Positions 29,080 to 45,118 of a stretch of DNA of 64,000 bases are shown here, piece after piece; the stretch's first letter is position 1; every line of letters begins with the position of its first letter. Under the pieces are notes generated by a model. The model did not search any database. It worked only from the letters and a program-made list of their open reading frames with translations, and had not been told where the DNA came from. The stretch lies in assembly GCF_009914755.1 (NCBI RefSeq), contig NC_060942.1; one strand, given 5' to 3'. The position numbers and the translations under genes were made by a program. The stretch comes from the human T2T-CHM13v2.0 reference genome, Homo sapiens.

Positions 29080-29225
29080 TTAAGAGAAAACGGCCAGAAT
29101 TTATTTAACCAAACAGGTGACTCCTTCAGAAGACACAGATGACAACAGGAGACTGTAACTTGTCGATAAATGTGGATTAAAACAACACAGGCCTTTATAT
29201 TCCATTTCCGTCATGCAAGTACAAC

Positions 29226-29779
<554 letters not shown>

Positions 29780-31121
29780 GAGAGAGAGAAAGAACCTTTC
29801 ACTAATAACATAAGTTGCTTCCCCATGTCACTCATACAGCTTAGTAAAAGCATGAGGCTCGTGTCCTTCATCCTTTGGTAATGTCTGCTTGGTTTTTCCA
29901 TCAGGCTCTCAAAATTGCTCTTATTCTCTACCCAATCTATTTTTTCTTGACTCCTGCACCTGAGACTGACTTCTCTGACATCTTAGTCTAAGTGTGGCCT
30001 CAAGAGCTGGCATGCCTGAGATGACGATTCACAAGAGGCACATGTGTGTCACTTCCCTCTGGAAAGCACCCTGCGTGCCGGCAATGCACGGGCAGCACAG
30101 ACTGTCAGATAGATGAGTCCCTGCCTTTGCAGAACTCACTTTCTGGTAGGTAAAAACAAAACAAAACAAGTAACTTGCTGAAGATGCTGCCACCAGGACA
30201 CAGTGCTGCCAGGACACAATGGAGGCACGGAGGCAGGGGTTCAACTCCACACTGGGGAGAGGCGGGAAGAGCCTCTTGTGGAATAAAAGAGTTTTAGTGC
30301 TTTCAGCTGCTTTAATATGTGAAACAAGGATGGTCATGATGCAGGGAGGGAAATTTTTTCTCCAAGATGATTGACAAGTGGGGATTAGTCACAGGACAGA
30401 GGTAAGGAGGTCTGGGGATTCTCAGGCAAGGGAAGCAGCTCTCAGAGTAATAAAAAAGAAAGTGGAGCTTGGGCAAAGCATCCTAAATACGTACTTTTGT
30501 AGGAAAAAAAAAACTTCTTTAACTGAGCTTGAATGTTATTTTAGATTCATCCTGACCTTGAGCAAGTCACCTGCAAGTGTCCAACAACTGCACAAAAACC
30601 GGTCTCCCTTGCAGAGTCGACTGTGGTCAGTCCTTAATTTCTCCCAGTAATGAAGACATCAGGGCACATCACATTGTAGGAAGGTGGATCATTATTCTGA
30701 TTTGAAACTGTTTCTCTTCCTACTTGGTCTAAACATACCTAGTGCTAAGGACATCCACTCTTTTTTTTTCTTTTTATAACATTTATCCATCTATGCTGCA
30801 GAAAAACTGGGAAGCACAAAGAAAAAAATTAAAATCACCCATCATCTTGCCTCCAGAGAGCCAGACATACACACACACGTATGTGTATGTAATGTTGGAT
30901 AGAAACTGTGATGGTTATCCTATGCATTGTTTTAGAAAATAAAAAGGAGGTGATACATGGTACAGAGGCAGAGGTGCCTAGTGGTTACCACTCACTCTGT
31001 GAACTTGGGAAAACACGCATGTAGTTTTTGAGGATGAAATCTATGAACATATGTGTCTGGCACATCGTTTATGCTCAGTAACTATTACCCAGCATTTTTA
31101 TTAAACACTTTCCAGTGTCTC

Positions 31122-31521
31122 TATGTTAGTCTGTTTTGTACTGCTATGAAGAAATACCTGAGACTGGATCATTTACAAAGAAAACAGGGGTTACTTTGGC
31201 TCTCAGTTCTGCAGCCTGTACAAGCACGGCACCATCATCTGCTCGGCCTCTGGTGAGGCCTCGGGAAGCTTTTACGCACAGTGGAAGGCCCGGGGGAGCC
31301 CACACATCTCATGGCGAGAGAGGAGGTGGTCCCAGGCTCTTTAAACAACCAACTCTGCCTGAACTAACAAAGTGAGAAGTCACTCACTACTGTGAGGACG
31401 ACACAAAGCCATTCATAAGGGATCTGCCCCCATGACCTAAACATTCCTGCTAGGCCCACCTCCAACCCTGGAGGCCACATTTCAACATGAGGTTTGGAGG
31501 GAACAGGTGCAAACCATGTCA
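31122..31521 (-). mobile_element. MaLR LTR (MST-like)
   Basis: TTAGTCTGTTTTG..CTGCTATGAAGAAATACCTGAGACTGG...CACATTTCAACATGAGGTTTGG. Confidence 0.88.
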
Positions 31522-32644
31522 GTCACTAAGTATTCTTCCTCAACGGGACTTTGACATGGCTACATGCTGTTACATTGTATAGGCATTCCCCAATTTACTG
31601 AAATGTCTTCTACTGGGGCCATTTAGATTATTAAAAGTCCACCTTAAACAGGCATGGGAATGCACGTTAGATGTGCAGACAACAGAATGGCTACCTCAAA
31701 GCCAACCCGAAACTTCTGGATTCCTCGCCAAGGCTGCAGCAATAAAAACATGGTTTTGTTGATTCCAGAAAAGTCTGCTTAAGGTTGGACACTTCCACTC
31801 ACCTACTGAGTAGGGAGAAGCCACATGGTGAGATATAAAATGACTCAGCCAGGACCCACAACTATGTAAACTCACAGACTGCTGTTACTCACGTAGGGAC
31901 CGCTGAACTCAGGAGCTGCCGTAACTTTTGATTCCTGTTAAGGATATGTCAGTGGAGACAAATCGCCCAGAGTCAATCATTATTTGCCAGGGACAGCCGA
32001 TGTTCAAAGGACAACTTCGAGTGAGGTTAAAAACATGGACTTGGCCCTTTATAAAGAATTGCAGACTTAGACAAGTTTTTAGATACAGAATTCTGATCTT
32101 TACAGTGCTAAAATGGAGAAAATACACATTCAATTTCATGGGGTAATTCGACAGTCTTAATCTGAAACAGAAGTACAACAGGGCAACTCCTCACCTTAAT
32201 TTTTGACCAAGAACAGCAACAAGGGATAGGTATGTATGAATCTACCTATCGACCTCTGGTTTTTACCTTGCCTAAACCATTTGTGGGGCAATTTTCTAAC
32301 AAAAAAAAAAAGAGAGAGAGAGAAACATCTTGGATTATATTGGTTTCACTGATAACTCATGTAAAATTTTAAAGATTTAAAAAACTAAAAAAAAAAAAAA
32401 TAGCTTAGAATAAACTAACTGATACTAAAATATTTTCACTCCATCCTAAAGGTCTATCTTAATAATTGGTAGGAAAATCAAATCCTAAAAATTGATATTT
32501 TGGAAAAAATAACTCATCTTGATAAGACAGTAAAAGATGAGGGTGGCTTTTTGTAATATCTAATATTTTCCTTGAAATATATGTATTACGGAGAGAGAGA
32601 GAGAGACACTTGGCCAAGTAAACTGAATCTAAATCATGTTTTGA

Positions 32645-33004
<360 letters not shown>

Positions 33005-35819
33005 TAAAGAAAATGCTCTTCTTTGCCTGTCAGCATTCCGAAGAGACAAAGAAAAATTGGGAATGCTGGTGTTTATGCCATCGTGGTTATGCCCAGAGAT
33101 AAACGTGTGGCAGCGGTGTTATGTCCTAACCTTTGGGCAGGTTATAGCACTTGGGGGTGGCCTGAAGAAAAGGCAAGGCAGAAAGTAGTAGAATAACAGG
33201 TAAGTAAACTTATCTGATGATTATCTAAAAGATTTAAGAAAAAGACCAAAATGTGTGGTTACACATAGGTAAGATTAGAGGTAACAAAAGAAGTGAAATT
33301 CTCCCAAAGAGCCTGAGCCAAATGGAAGCTGTGGATCCACTTCGGCGAAGTCAGTAGCAGAAATCTGTCCTCCATAACGCACTCCTTGCTAAGCCTCTAC
33401 TCATGCGACCATGTGTGGGAAGTGACCAGCTGTAGTGCCCAGAGAGAGGGAGAAAGGTGGGGAGAGGATGTCGCGGGTCAGTAAGGAGGACCCAGAAGTG
33501 GGGATGGGCATGGAGATGCAAAGCTGTTTCCACGTGAGCTGACCCTAACGGTCTTCCGTCTTTCCAGAGGAAGATTTCCATTTGTTTTTGTTATTATGCA
33601 CTTGAGTTAATTCACCCAACAAACACACATGAACGTCTCCACGTGGCAGCCACAGTCGGAGCCAAGATAGCGACGGCTCCCGCCTCGGGGAGTTCACAGC
33701 CGGAGAGATGAAACATGAATAACTATGACCATGCCACTGCAAGTGAAAGGAAATGTCCTCAGGTGAAAGAGTTTAGTGCCATGAAGAATATGACACAGGA
33801 ATGTCACCCACACAAAGGGGTCAGGACGGGCCCTGCTGAGCTGTACCACAAGGTGGGAGCTGCAGTCAACAAGGGCCAAGAGGTGTCTGGGGAAGGTGTT
33901 GCAGGGGCGGGGAACAGCGAATTCAGGACCTGGGAGAGAAGGCCTCACAGGGCCCCAGGGTAGGAGAAAGGGCCAGGCCGTGTGCTGCTTTTGCGCCTCT
34001 CCAAGGATTCTGATCTTTGTCCTGTGAGCAATGAGAGAGGCCATGGTAAGGATCTAAGTGGGGGAGGTAACGCGATCAGATTTAATTTTAAAATATAACC
34101 CAGGCTTCAGAGTGGACAGCAGACAAAAGGGCAAGAGAGGGTGAGGGAAGGCTGTTCTCTGCAGCCACTCCAGAGGGTAGGGTGGGGGCAGCTGCAGGTG
34201 CAAGGGTGTGCATGGTGTGAGGCAGAGTGGACGAGAGGGCTTCCGGACGGTAAGGATGGTGGGAGAGACAGGAAGTGCCACTGGAGCCAATGTTTGGTTT
34301 GCACAACTGAATGGAAGATGGGGCCAAATGCTGAGAACAGGTGTCAGGCAGAGAGACCAGGTTTAGGGCTAAACCACTTACTGGAACTCACTCATCGTGC
34401 CCACATATCTTGTAGCTCCTAATGCCTCCCACAGGCTTTTGCGAAATCTCCACTTTGTAAGTTACCCAAATATACCTTGTTCTCGACAGCATATGAGAAT
34501 CCCCAGATACAACCCAGGGAATACCAATACAATAACTGGAAATGGCTTTTGCTTTTTGCATCTATAAAGGTTAGCTATGGGAAAATAAACAGGAAATATG
34601 CTTTAAAAGATTGAAGGTCGGCACAGTCTAAATTCAGAAGACATTAACTGCCACACCCCTACCCAATACTAAGTGACTTTCAGGAAGACACAGTACACCC
34701 CTGCATTGTAAACAGTAATGTCGGCTCCCAGCTCCTGTCGCTCCATGGCTTTATACAGCTCACACATAAAAGTTCACAGCAGAATTTTGCACAGTGGTTC
34801 TCTTCTCCTTGAATTGCCTTCTTTATTTGACTTCCAGGGGAACAGGCTGCGCTTGTGTTCATCCAACCTTCTCGGCCACCACAGTCTCCTGATCGTCTAC
34901 GTGTCTAAACACAGGAGCGCCCTGGGGCTCAGTCCCTGGTCCTCACCCCTCCTCCATCTGCGTTGGCTCTCCTGATGATCTTATCAAGTCTCCCCACTTA
35001 GAGAATCATCTGTCAGCCAAGGAAAGCAGTGGAAGAGCCCCAGGTCCCTCCCACACACAGCAGCTACTCAGTACTTCCACTCCATAGCTAATGCACACTC
35101 CAGCGTAACAGGACCAAATGGCATGTCTCACTTTCCCCCCCAAAATACACTCCTTCCAGTCTTTCATTCATGGGAAATGCTGCCACCACACACCCAGTTG
35201 CTGCAGCCAAAAGCCTAGGAGTCAAGTTTTATTCCTCTTTCTTTCTTCATCTATTCCATCAGCCAATCCAGTTGGCAACCTTCAAAACAGACTGAGAATC
35301 TAACCACCTCTCACCACTTCCCCTGCTACCACCCAGGGACAACAGCAATTGTCACTGAGCTGGTCTCCCATCCTCCCTAGCATCAGTTCCCCTGAGATCG
35401 CCATGCCATGAAGACTTTTAGAAGCTGATTATGGTACCCTGGGAAAGGATCATGCTTGCGTAGTCTAGAGGGGTGGCAGTAATGGTGATGCAGAGGTAGA
35501 AGATAAAGTAGGGGAGTTTCAGAGATGAAACAGATGCCTTCAGTGATATTCTAACAGTAACACGTTCCCACTGCTGTTAACAAACATCCAGTATTTGCCA
35601 TGTCCTACAAGGCCCTTGCTCATGGTCATGGCCGCACAGCCTCTGGCAGGCCCTCAAGCTGGCCACACTCGGTCCCCATCTCAGAACCCAACATCTGCCT
35701 TCTGCTTGGGATGCTGGTGTCCCAGACCTTTACAAGATTTCATCCATCACCTCACTTATGCTCTGCTCAAACGTTAACACCTCAGAGCCCTCCCCTGATT
35801 TCCCCATCTAAAGCAGCCT

Positions 35820-35962
35820 GCCTGGGTGTGGTGGCTGACGCCTGTAATCCCAACACTTTGGGAGACCAATGTGGGCGGATTGCTTGAGGCAAGAAGTTCA
35901 ATGTCGCAGTGAGCTATGACTGCATCAGTGCACTCCAGCCTAGGCAACAGAGCAAGACCCCA
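35820..35962 (+). mobile_element. Alu monomer-length fragment
   Basis: Left-arm start fused to right-arm end. Confidence 0.8.
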
Positions 35963-36074
35963 TCATTCATTAAGTTAAATAATTAATGAAAGCAGGCTGC
36001 CTGTGTCCCCACACTATTGCCTTTATCCTTTACTGCTGTATTTCCCTCTCAGTACTTGTCACTACCTACAATTA

Positions 36075-36390
36075 TTGTCAGCTCTCATATCCATGGGTTC
36101 CTTACCCATAGATTCAACCAACCATGGATGGAAAATATCCAGGAAAAAAAACTGCTTCTGTACTGAACATGAGCAGGCTTCTTTTCTTGTCAATATTTTC
36201 TAAACTATACAGTATAACTGCTTATCTAACATTTACATTAGGTATTATAAGTAATCTAGATTTAAAATATTCAGGAGGATGCATATAGGTTATATGCAAA
36301 TACTACATCCTTCTACATCAGGGACTTGAGCACCTTCGGGGTTTGGTATCGAGGGAGGTCCTAGAGGACTCCCTGGAGCACACCTAGTGA
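36075..36390. mobile_element. TcMar-Tigger-type DNA transposon relic (Tigger3/MER2-like)
   Basis: ATATCCATGGGTTCC...GATTCAACCAACC...GGTATTATAAGTAATCTAGA...GGTTATATGCAAATACTAC. Confidence 0.75.
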
Positions 36391-37034
36391 CAGCGACATT
36401 TCATATCAATTTGTTTCTAAGATTCATGGATCTGTCTCGTTCATCACTGTTTCTCTAACTCTTAGTTCAATACCCATAAGTATTCATTAGATAAATAAAT
36501 GAGATAAGCACAGATCATTCTTACACATTGGTTTTGTAACTATTATATATAACCAGTTCAGTGGCTGATGGGAACTTTCCCTCTCATTCCAACTCCTCCA
36601 GTTCATAGCACTCTACTTTTCCGGAGCTCTAACAGTTCTTCCCATTCAGATCACATGATTTTGTACTTAACTGCTGTCTGATTCAGTTCATCAAAATATT
36701 TTACTGTCTACTATGTGCAAGGCATTGTGTGGGACAGAAAAAAGTACATGAGAAATCAATGTGATCCAATCTTGAAGAAGCATACAGTTCATTTGGGGAT
36801 AAAGAAATAGCACAGAAGAGACTTCTGGCCTTCCCTGAGACAGCCTCGTAGTTCTGACTGTCTACAGATGACCCAATGGGTCCTAAACTCACAGCAGCTG
36901 AGATATCACTGAAGTGTGGATTTGAGTGACTTTCCCTGAGGGCAGGAATGAACGAGCCCCATAGCTACCACGGGTACCTCTCTGACTCTCCAGCCCTCAT
37001 CCCACAGTGCAGTTTGATGATTCTCACCTTATCT

Positions 37035-37325
37035 TTTTTAATTTTTAAAAATGTTCCCCAGATTTATCAAGGTATACTTAAGAAATAAAAATTGTTTATC
37101 TGTAAGGAATCCAGTGTGATGCTTTGATACACATATACATTGTGAAATGATTCAATCAAGCTAATCACCATATCCATCACCTCATGTACTTATCGTGTGT
37201 GTGTGTGTGTGTGTGTGTCTGTGTGTGCGGTGAGATCACTTAAGATGTATTTTCCCAGCAATCTTCAACTACACAATACATTAACATTAACTGTAGTTAC
37301 CTTGTGTGCAAACTATCTCCAGAAC
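37035..37325 (-). mobile_element. L1M 3'-end fragment containing a (TG)n tract at about 37195-37228
   Basis: ATACATTGTGAAATGATT...CAAGCTAAT..CATATCCATCACCTC. Confidence 0.75.
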
Positions 37326-37511
37326 AAGAGTTTGCCACAAACAAAACTACTCTGGCATAATACGCTACTGTCAACTGACTCATGCAAGGAGAGGCCAACA
37401 TAAAAGCTGAAGATGGCCAAGGACCAAATGAGTCTCCTATGACTCTGTGGCAGGTTTTAGGATCAAGCCTGACCTGTTTCACCATCTTGCCAACCCTAAG
37501 GCATAAAGAGA

Positions 37512-38074
37512 TGTAGAAAGTAAAAAGTTTCCTCTTTAAAGCTCCCCTTCTTGTTAAAGAATAAATCATAAGTGTTAGAAATAAAAGATTATTTTAAAGA
37601 CTAACTTTCTTCAAGCCTCCTTGCTTTGTGCTAATAACTCTTTGCTAAGCCCTATCCTATGTAACTGTTGGACATGCTCACAGACACGTTCCAGCTCACA
37701 GCCTATGCCCCTTTCTCATTTGGAATTGTTATTGCTTCCTTAAACCTTTCCTAAGCAACTTTTTTGTTCTTCTTTGCACTTACCTATTTAGGAAAGTTTT
37801 AGGCGATTAGCAAACTGGGTATCAGTTTAAGAGTGTGTGGTCCTGCTCCAGCCAATGGATGCAGGACACAGCAGTAAGGACGACCCAAATGTGTAAGGGA
37901 TAAATATGTCTGCTTTTCCTTTGTTCAGGTGTGCTCTCGTCATTGTTCCATCTGCCATTGAGCACCCTTTCTGCAGAAAGTAAAGATTGCTTTGCTGAGA
38001 GATCTTTTGTCTCCACGCTGACGGTTCCTCGTGGTACCAATTATCTATTTCTAACAATTCTGGTATTTCTAACA
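37512..38074 (+). mobile_element. Solo ERV1 LTR, LTR10-like (HERV-I group)
   Basis: TG...CA termini (TGTAGAAAGTAAAAAGTTTCCTC...TATTTCTAACA); GATAAATA TATA-like box, AGTAAA signal; flanks AGAGA/AGAGG. Confidence 0.75.
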
Positions 38075-38179
38075 AGAGGTAAAGTGAAGAAGTTCCTGTC
38101 TGGATAATGACAAGGCAAAGAACACTTGCAAGCAGAGTTTCTCTTATTTACACTAATTTAATATAAATTAAGAGTTTTA

Positions 38180-38554
<375 letters not shown>

Positions 38555-41500
38555 TCAGTTACACTTCATGTAATGTGAGAAACACAGTTGTAATTGTACT
38601 TGTAAAGCTGAGGATTTATCAAGGTCAACGGTCCACCAAATACGTACACACAAAAATGAAAGGAACACAAATATGGCAGAAAATGAAGTGTTAGCTGAAT
38701 GGTATCAATATCTTCAAGGAAAGACGAGGTCATCTTTGCTAGGAAGACAGTCAAGGGAAGAAGCCCCTGTGTGCTGAGTGACTGACTGGAGGGTAAGGTC
38801 ACCCCTCTGCCCAACACCAGTCATCCCAATAAACGGCACTTCCTGCACCTCTGCACTATTCAATGATCTAAGAGGTACAGCCCTGGTTTCCTAAGAAATA
38901 AAAGAGTTTAAAAAGGAAGAAAATACTGTTCTTACAAACTTGGTAAATTATTCTTCACTGGGCACCAAATATCCATAATGAATTAAGCACTATTTACAGT
39001 CCTTTAGACAATGCTAACACAGAAACAAGCTTTTCATTTCATCCTTAATTAATAGCACCAAGCCAGTATTTTCAGATAAACACTGCTGAGTGACCTGCTG
39101 TGAAAAATCAACACACTTAAGGCTGATGGCCAACACAGAGCTCATCACCTACGAAGCTGGCCTAGCCACGGCCCTGGCCCTGCCTCTTTCTAAATATACT
39201 CTAGCAGTAAGGATTTGCTTTAAACTGAAAAAATGCTCAATGCAGGTGGGATTCACCTGCTCCTGGGATTCTTCCTGCAGGAGAGATGCCAAGGCTTTCA
39301 GAGCCAGCTCTACACTCACAGCTCCCCCGGGGATCACAACAGGCTTCCTTCCTTCATACCTACGTAAGAACCTCGCTGAGAAGACACGTGGCCCACTTAA
39401 TACCATGGAGCTCAGTGGTTTCCACCAAGGTCACACAAAAAAGAAGCTGACCCAAAACTTCTGGGCAATATTGGCATGCTCCATGGATGGCACGCCCAGG
39501 ACTGTTCACATGGCACAGCCAATCCCTAGAAGGCCTTCTTCATTTGCACGCCATTCTCCAGTTCCCAAATGCTCCCTACTTCAGTAATAAGTAACAGCGA
39601 GAGAGTGCACACGTGGCTGAAATGAAAATAAGGAGTCCACTTTCCCATACAAGAAAAAATGAATAGCAGAGTAAAATAGCAGAAGGTGATTTATAATAGC
39701 ACAATAGTGCGAATATGTCACAGTCAGCTGTAAAATAAGTACAATCAATAAAGACATGATCTTGGGATGGGTTTGTATGTTGAGGCCAAAAATGAGAAAA
39801 TATACACAACGAGCGATGTTTCCACTTCTTTTTAGAATGAGGCCAAAGAGAAATGCTAAATAAATGTATTATTAGAGATTCCACAGTATAAAGGATTTTT
39901 AAAACTGCAAGAAAATTCTATTTTCTACTTAAGAGTGTACACTAAAAGTGGATCTATAAAAACTGGCAAGATAAAATAAATTTGATGCTACTTGATACAG
40001 ATGATTTCAATAAATAATAAATTCTTAGTGTGAAGGCAATAATCGTAAGGAGAAAGAAAATGCTGTGGGTAAAATCAGTCACTCTAGGTTTAAATTTGCA
40101 GTCTATAACTGTTACTTATTCAGAAGCTGGTCACTGGGTGAAAACAATTACCAGGCCCATTCTTCATTCCTGTTGTTTCTAGGGCCATTTTATAGTTCCT
40201 TAGATACTCTACCCAGAAAGTAAAAATGGGTATACACTATATTTTTGGAATTGTCTTTGCCAGCTATATTCTTCAAATAACTAGGTCAAATGAGATTGTC
40301 TTAAGCTTGATACAGAATAATATTTTTGTCTAACGTTGCCCTTAACTCCTAAATTTGCTACATTTTAGTGGCCTTGCAGAAACAAGTTATAAAATCTCAA
40401 AGTCAAAGGTTAATAGTCTGGCTCAATTGACAGCAGAGGCTTCCGTTCCTGTAAAGGAAACCAGGGAGGGCCTCTGGCTGCAGCCGCCAGCTGGTCTTCC
40501 TCACTCCAATCCTTACCCCACTTTTGTCCCTTGCATATATTGCTGCTGGGATCTCATCCTCAAGTACTGTTTTGACCATTTCTTGTACCCTCCTCAAAAA
40601 CCTACGGTGGAGAATTTCTGCAGCTAAATCAAATGCCTCTGGAACTTCTCGAAGAGAGCGTCAACACCTGTGCAGCACAGGAGGTACCCTTCGCTGAACA
40701 AATCAGGTGAGGGGGACGGGGGTGGAATTGTTCATTGCTCCAATGTCTGTTTCTCCTTTCCTCCCTAATACTTAAAACTCTGAGCTGGGAATGGCCAACA
40801 AAGAAAGATGTTACAGATACTTCCCAGCCTCCTTGCAGCTACATATCTCATGTGGTTAAACTCTGGCTCATGGAATGGAAGAATCTTCCAGAAGTCTTCC
40901 TTCTGGAGTGGTGGATCCTCTGTGCCCTGTCTTCCTTCATCCTGCTGCCTGGAGTTGAGATACCGCCTCCGAGCACCAGGATGAGGCTGTCCCCAGGACA
41001 GGCCGAGAAGGGAGCGGGATGCAGTTATCACACAGCTCTGGTGGCAAAGATCACTTCTTTAGGGCAAATAAACTCCTGTCCCGCTTAAGCCAGTTATTAG
41101 AGGATCTCCTGAGCCTAATCCTAATTACTACATCAATCATTTAGTCAAGAAAAGTGACCTGTGTAAACATGCAGAAGCATCTGAAACTCACGAATACACA
41201 GTCCGAGCCTCGAGAAGCTTCCTACCAATCAGGGTTTGACATGCAGCAAGCAACAAGAGGAACATGAAGGGGCATCCGAATTGTTGCCTGAACACAGCAG
41301 AGTCTGGAAAAGCGGGAGCTATTAAAAAATAACCTCAGCCCCTTTAGAATAGTTAGGATGTGGATCAATAGAGCAGATAAATAAAGATGAAGAAGCTGAA
41401 AAGGAGAGGCTTGAAGAACATGCTGGAGGAGCCGTCGCCACACAGTAGGGTGGCCAGGGAGGACCCGGCGGTGCGCAGACCAGATACCCCAACACCAGCG

Positions 41501-42072
41501 CGGCACTGGGATCTGACCCAGCCCAGAGGCGTCTCCAACCCCATTTCTCCCCCTCGACCCAACACAAGCTCCAGCCTTAATACTTAACTCCCTCAGCTTC
41601 CTGCACAGCCCACTATCCTCCACCTCCTCTGTGAGCCTGGCATCAAAACCAGGCAACTGACCTGGAGATCTTGACTCCAAACGGTAGGGTGAAGGTGAAA
41701 AATCCCAGAGGCTTAGAGGTGCAAAGGACCTTCAGAGACTCAACATCCTAAATTTTCAGACAGAGAAAATGGGACGCAGAGGAATGAAGCCCAGTGCCAC
41801 ACTGATAGCTCACGAGGGAGGTGGGACGGGAACCCTGCTTTCTGACTTTGAGAGTTCAGTTCCCCCCACCTTTTTTTCTGAACATGCAAATAAAGTGACC
41901 ATTTTTACATTTCTGAACAAAGTATCTTTAAATATAAAAAGATGTCTTAAAAATAAAGTTTCTTCATAAATTTCCCTTTTGAGAATTTGGGAGAAAACTT
42001 CACAGACTTCTAAACCTCAAGAAATTTTGTCATCTGCCCTGCCTTTCTGGGTCTTACGAAGTACAAAAGATT

Positions 42073-42075
<3 letters not shown>

Positions 42076-42113
<38 letters not shown>
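42076..42113 (+). repeat. (CA)n microsatellite, about 19 units
   Basis: Direct reading. Confidence 0.97.
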
Positions 42114-42118
<5 letters not shown>

Positions 42119-42265
42119 CTGTCAGGGTTCCACTTGACTACAAGGTTGTCACTATTAAACAGTCAGAAGCGTATGCAAAACGACACTACAATATGACAAT
42201 CTGCAGCAGGTCAAAGTCATGCCTTCGGAGGGTTTGCTTAACCAAGCAAAAATGAACCGAACCCA

Positions 42266-42470
42266 GGGGAATGAACGCAGGCCGCCTGACTCCACACCAG
42301 GTCTCCTAACCACTGTATGTACTAAGAGGAGAGCCACTTTAACAGGCGTCTAAGTCGAGATGATTCCCGTGTCCCTCAGGCACAGTCTATTTGGCAGCTA
42401 CCCATCTGCAGGATTAAGTCATATAATTAATTAGTAGACTCCTTGGCAAGTAAGAGAAGTTCGAGAAAGA
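42266..42470 (+). repeat. Local direct duplication, copy A (partner 43736-43949)
   Basis: GGGGAATGAACGCAGGCCGCCTGACTCCAC...GTTCGAGAAAGA in both copies. Confidence 0.95.
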
Positions 42471-43735
42471 CAACCATAACAAAAAACCCTTTTCACCTAA
42501 ATGCAATGCTAAGTGACTGAAGTCCATCCATTCTGGAGTTTTAAACAGGATCTTTCATTCCAAATGCTTAACATACCAAAAAAGGTGGAGTACAGAGATT
42601 GTCCATAAACAACAAGTAGGCAAAAACAACCTTTAATTTAAAGAGCTTATCTGCAATAGTTAAGCCCAAAATGAAAACAATTCAAAAGAGTTTGGAGAAT
42701 GAACAATTGATGCAAGATTTAGAATAAGATAACAAGATGCCCTGACCAAACATTTCCTATCATTTCTGGATGCTGTTTTTCTAAGACGGGAAAGGGTGAT
42801 GGCCTCAAAGTTGGTTTGAGTTCATCAGACTTCTGTCCTGCTCCATTCTGGACTCTGTGGAGGGGCCAGCATCTGCATGGGGCACCAACTCGGGGCTTCA
42901 TATCCACCCTCTCACTGTATCCCCATAAGCCTTGATGGAATTACTTCCCATTTCACCTAGAAGGTCATGGCATGAAACTAAAGAGGCCCCTCTGGCAGTC
43001 ACCCAGCTTGCCTATGGGACCCACAAACTCATTCAAACATCTGATGAATGCCAAGCCATGCTCTGTTGCTACCAAAATGGCAAAGTCATGGCCCCACCCT
43101 CAAGAAGTTAGAGTCTAGTAAGGAAACTGACATGTAAACAGATAGCTAAATGTGGCGAGCATCAGGTGCAGGAGTCATGGCACAAAAGATGGAGGGATTA
43201 ACTCTCCCAGGAGTGTGAGGCAGAGAAAAGGCCCAGGAGGGGTCACTCAGGAGGCAACGCTTAGACTCTGTGTGAACATTTCAGCAGGAGCTCGCCAGGT
43301 GAGCAAGGGGAGGCATCCCAAGCCCGGGACACAGACACATAGAGGCCCTGAGGCAGAACACAACGGTGTCATGGAGGATACAGGGGTAACTTTATATGGC
43401 TCAGGTGAGGGCTTGGGTCTCCAGTGAGAAATTAACCCAGAAAGCCCAGACTGGAAGAGAGCACCTGGAGTTTCTGCCGAAGATCTCTGCATTTCACAGC
43501 CTGAACAAATGCCTTCAATTTCTCTCCTTTCCACTCTAGCAGCCAGGGAAAAAGTCTAGGGACAAATAATAATGAATATCAGTGGGTAACATCTAATAAA
43601 TGCTCACTGTGTATAGGGAAGTGTTCTGAGCACTTGTGTGGACCCTTCTAAAGCTCATAAGCCCAAGAGGCAGGCATTACCATTATTATCCCCACTTTAC
43701 AGACAGAGGTGACGGAGCCAGTTAGGGGAGGCCCT

Positions 43736-43949
43736 GGGGAATGAACGCAGGCCGCCTGACTCCACGCCAAGTCTCCTGACCACTGTGTGTACTGAGAGGA
43801 GAGCCACTTCGCTGAGATCTGCTAACAGGGGTCTAAGTCCAGATGATTCCTGAGTCCCTCAGGCACAGTCTATCTGGCAGCTACCCATCTGCAGGATTAA
43901 GTGAATTAATTAGCAGACTCCGTGGCAAGTAAGAGATGTTCGAGAAAGA
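43736..43949 (+). repeat. Local direct duplication, copy B (overlaps the end of a MIR-like element at about 43585-43790)
   Basis: As copy A plus an extra segment of about 13 bp (CGCTGAGATCTGC). Confidence 0.95.
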
Positions 43950-44753
43950 TCAGTTCACTTTTCCTTCTTCCTCATCCCCATTTTATATTGCCACAGAGAC
44001 TATGTATAGTCCCTGGCACAGTTCCTGGCCTTTGTAAATTGCTGAAGGCCAATTCCAGCACCAAACCCAAGGGACCCCCTTCTCACCACCTCTCCTTCAT
44101 CTTCAAAAGTTATCTCTGGATTTAATCAACTGGCTGGATTCTCCTGAATCACAGAACCAAATGGCACACATTCACAGAAACATCCTATGATAAAAATAAT
44201 AGACATTTCTACATGAGATGGTTCTTAAAGGTTAGTTAGGCCAAGGGCAGACAGGTCTTATGCACAGCCTGTGAGCTGGCAATCATCCTGCAGAATGCTG
44301 TTAGAATTTCCTCTTCTTGAAAAAGAGAAACAAAATTCTTCTTAATTACTTTTAGAACTGAATTAGTAAATGTTTGGTCTAAAACGTACTGGTAACCAAA
44401 TTTTGGTCACTATGCCCTGACCAGTATTTCAACTTCTACCATTACTACACTTGTCTCATTGGATAAAATAAAGCAGGTGTGCTAATTCTTCCTCTAATCT
44501 CTGAAGAGTACATAAGCCACCAATTCTGACATGATGACCTTGGGGTACAGGGAAGGACCAGGGACAGGCCTGCTTCTGAGGGACAAGAGCAGGAGGGCAC
44601 TGTGGCACCAGTCCTGCCAGGCCCAGAGCTGCCACAGCTTACCTCCTGCTTTGTAACCCAATGCAACCCGATGTCCTCAGAGGAATATGCAAGCCACCAA
44701 AACTGGGGGCCCAGTGGTAGATGAGTGATGACCTAAGAGAGGCTGTTACTCTA

Positions 44754-45118
<365 letters not shown>

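Noticed and set aside
39090-39587. 165-aa plus-strand ORF in intron 1 (and 188-aa ORF 2632..3198)
   Set aside because: Non-ATG starts, no recognisable domain and no supporting gene structure; consistent with chance
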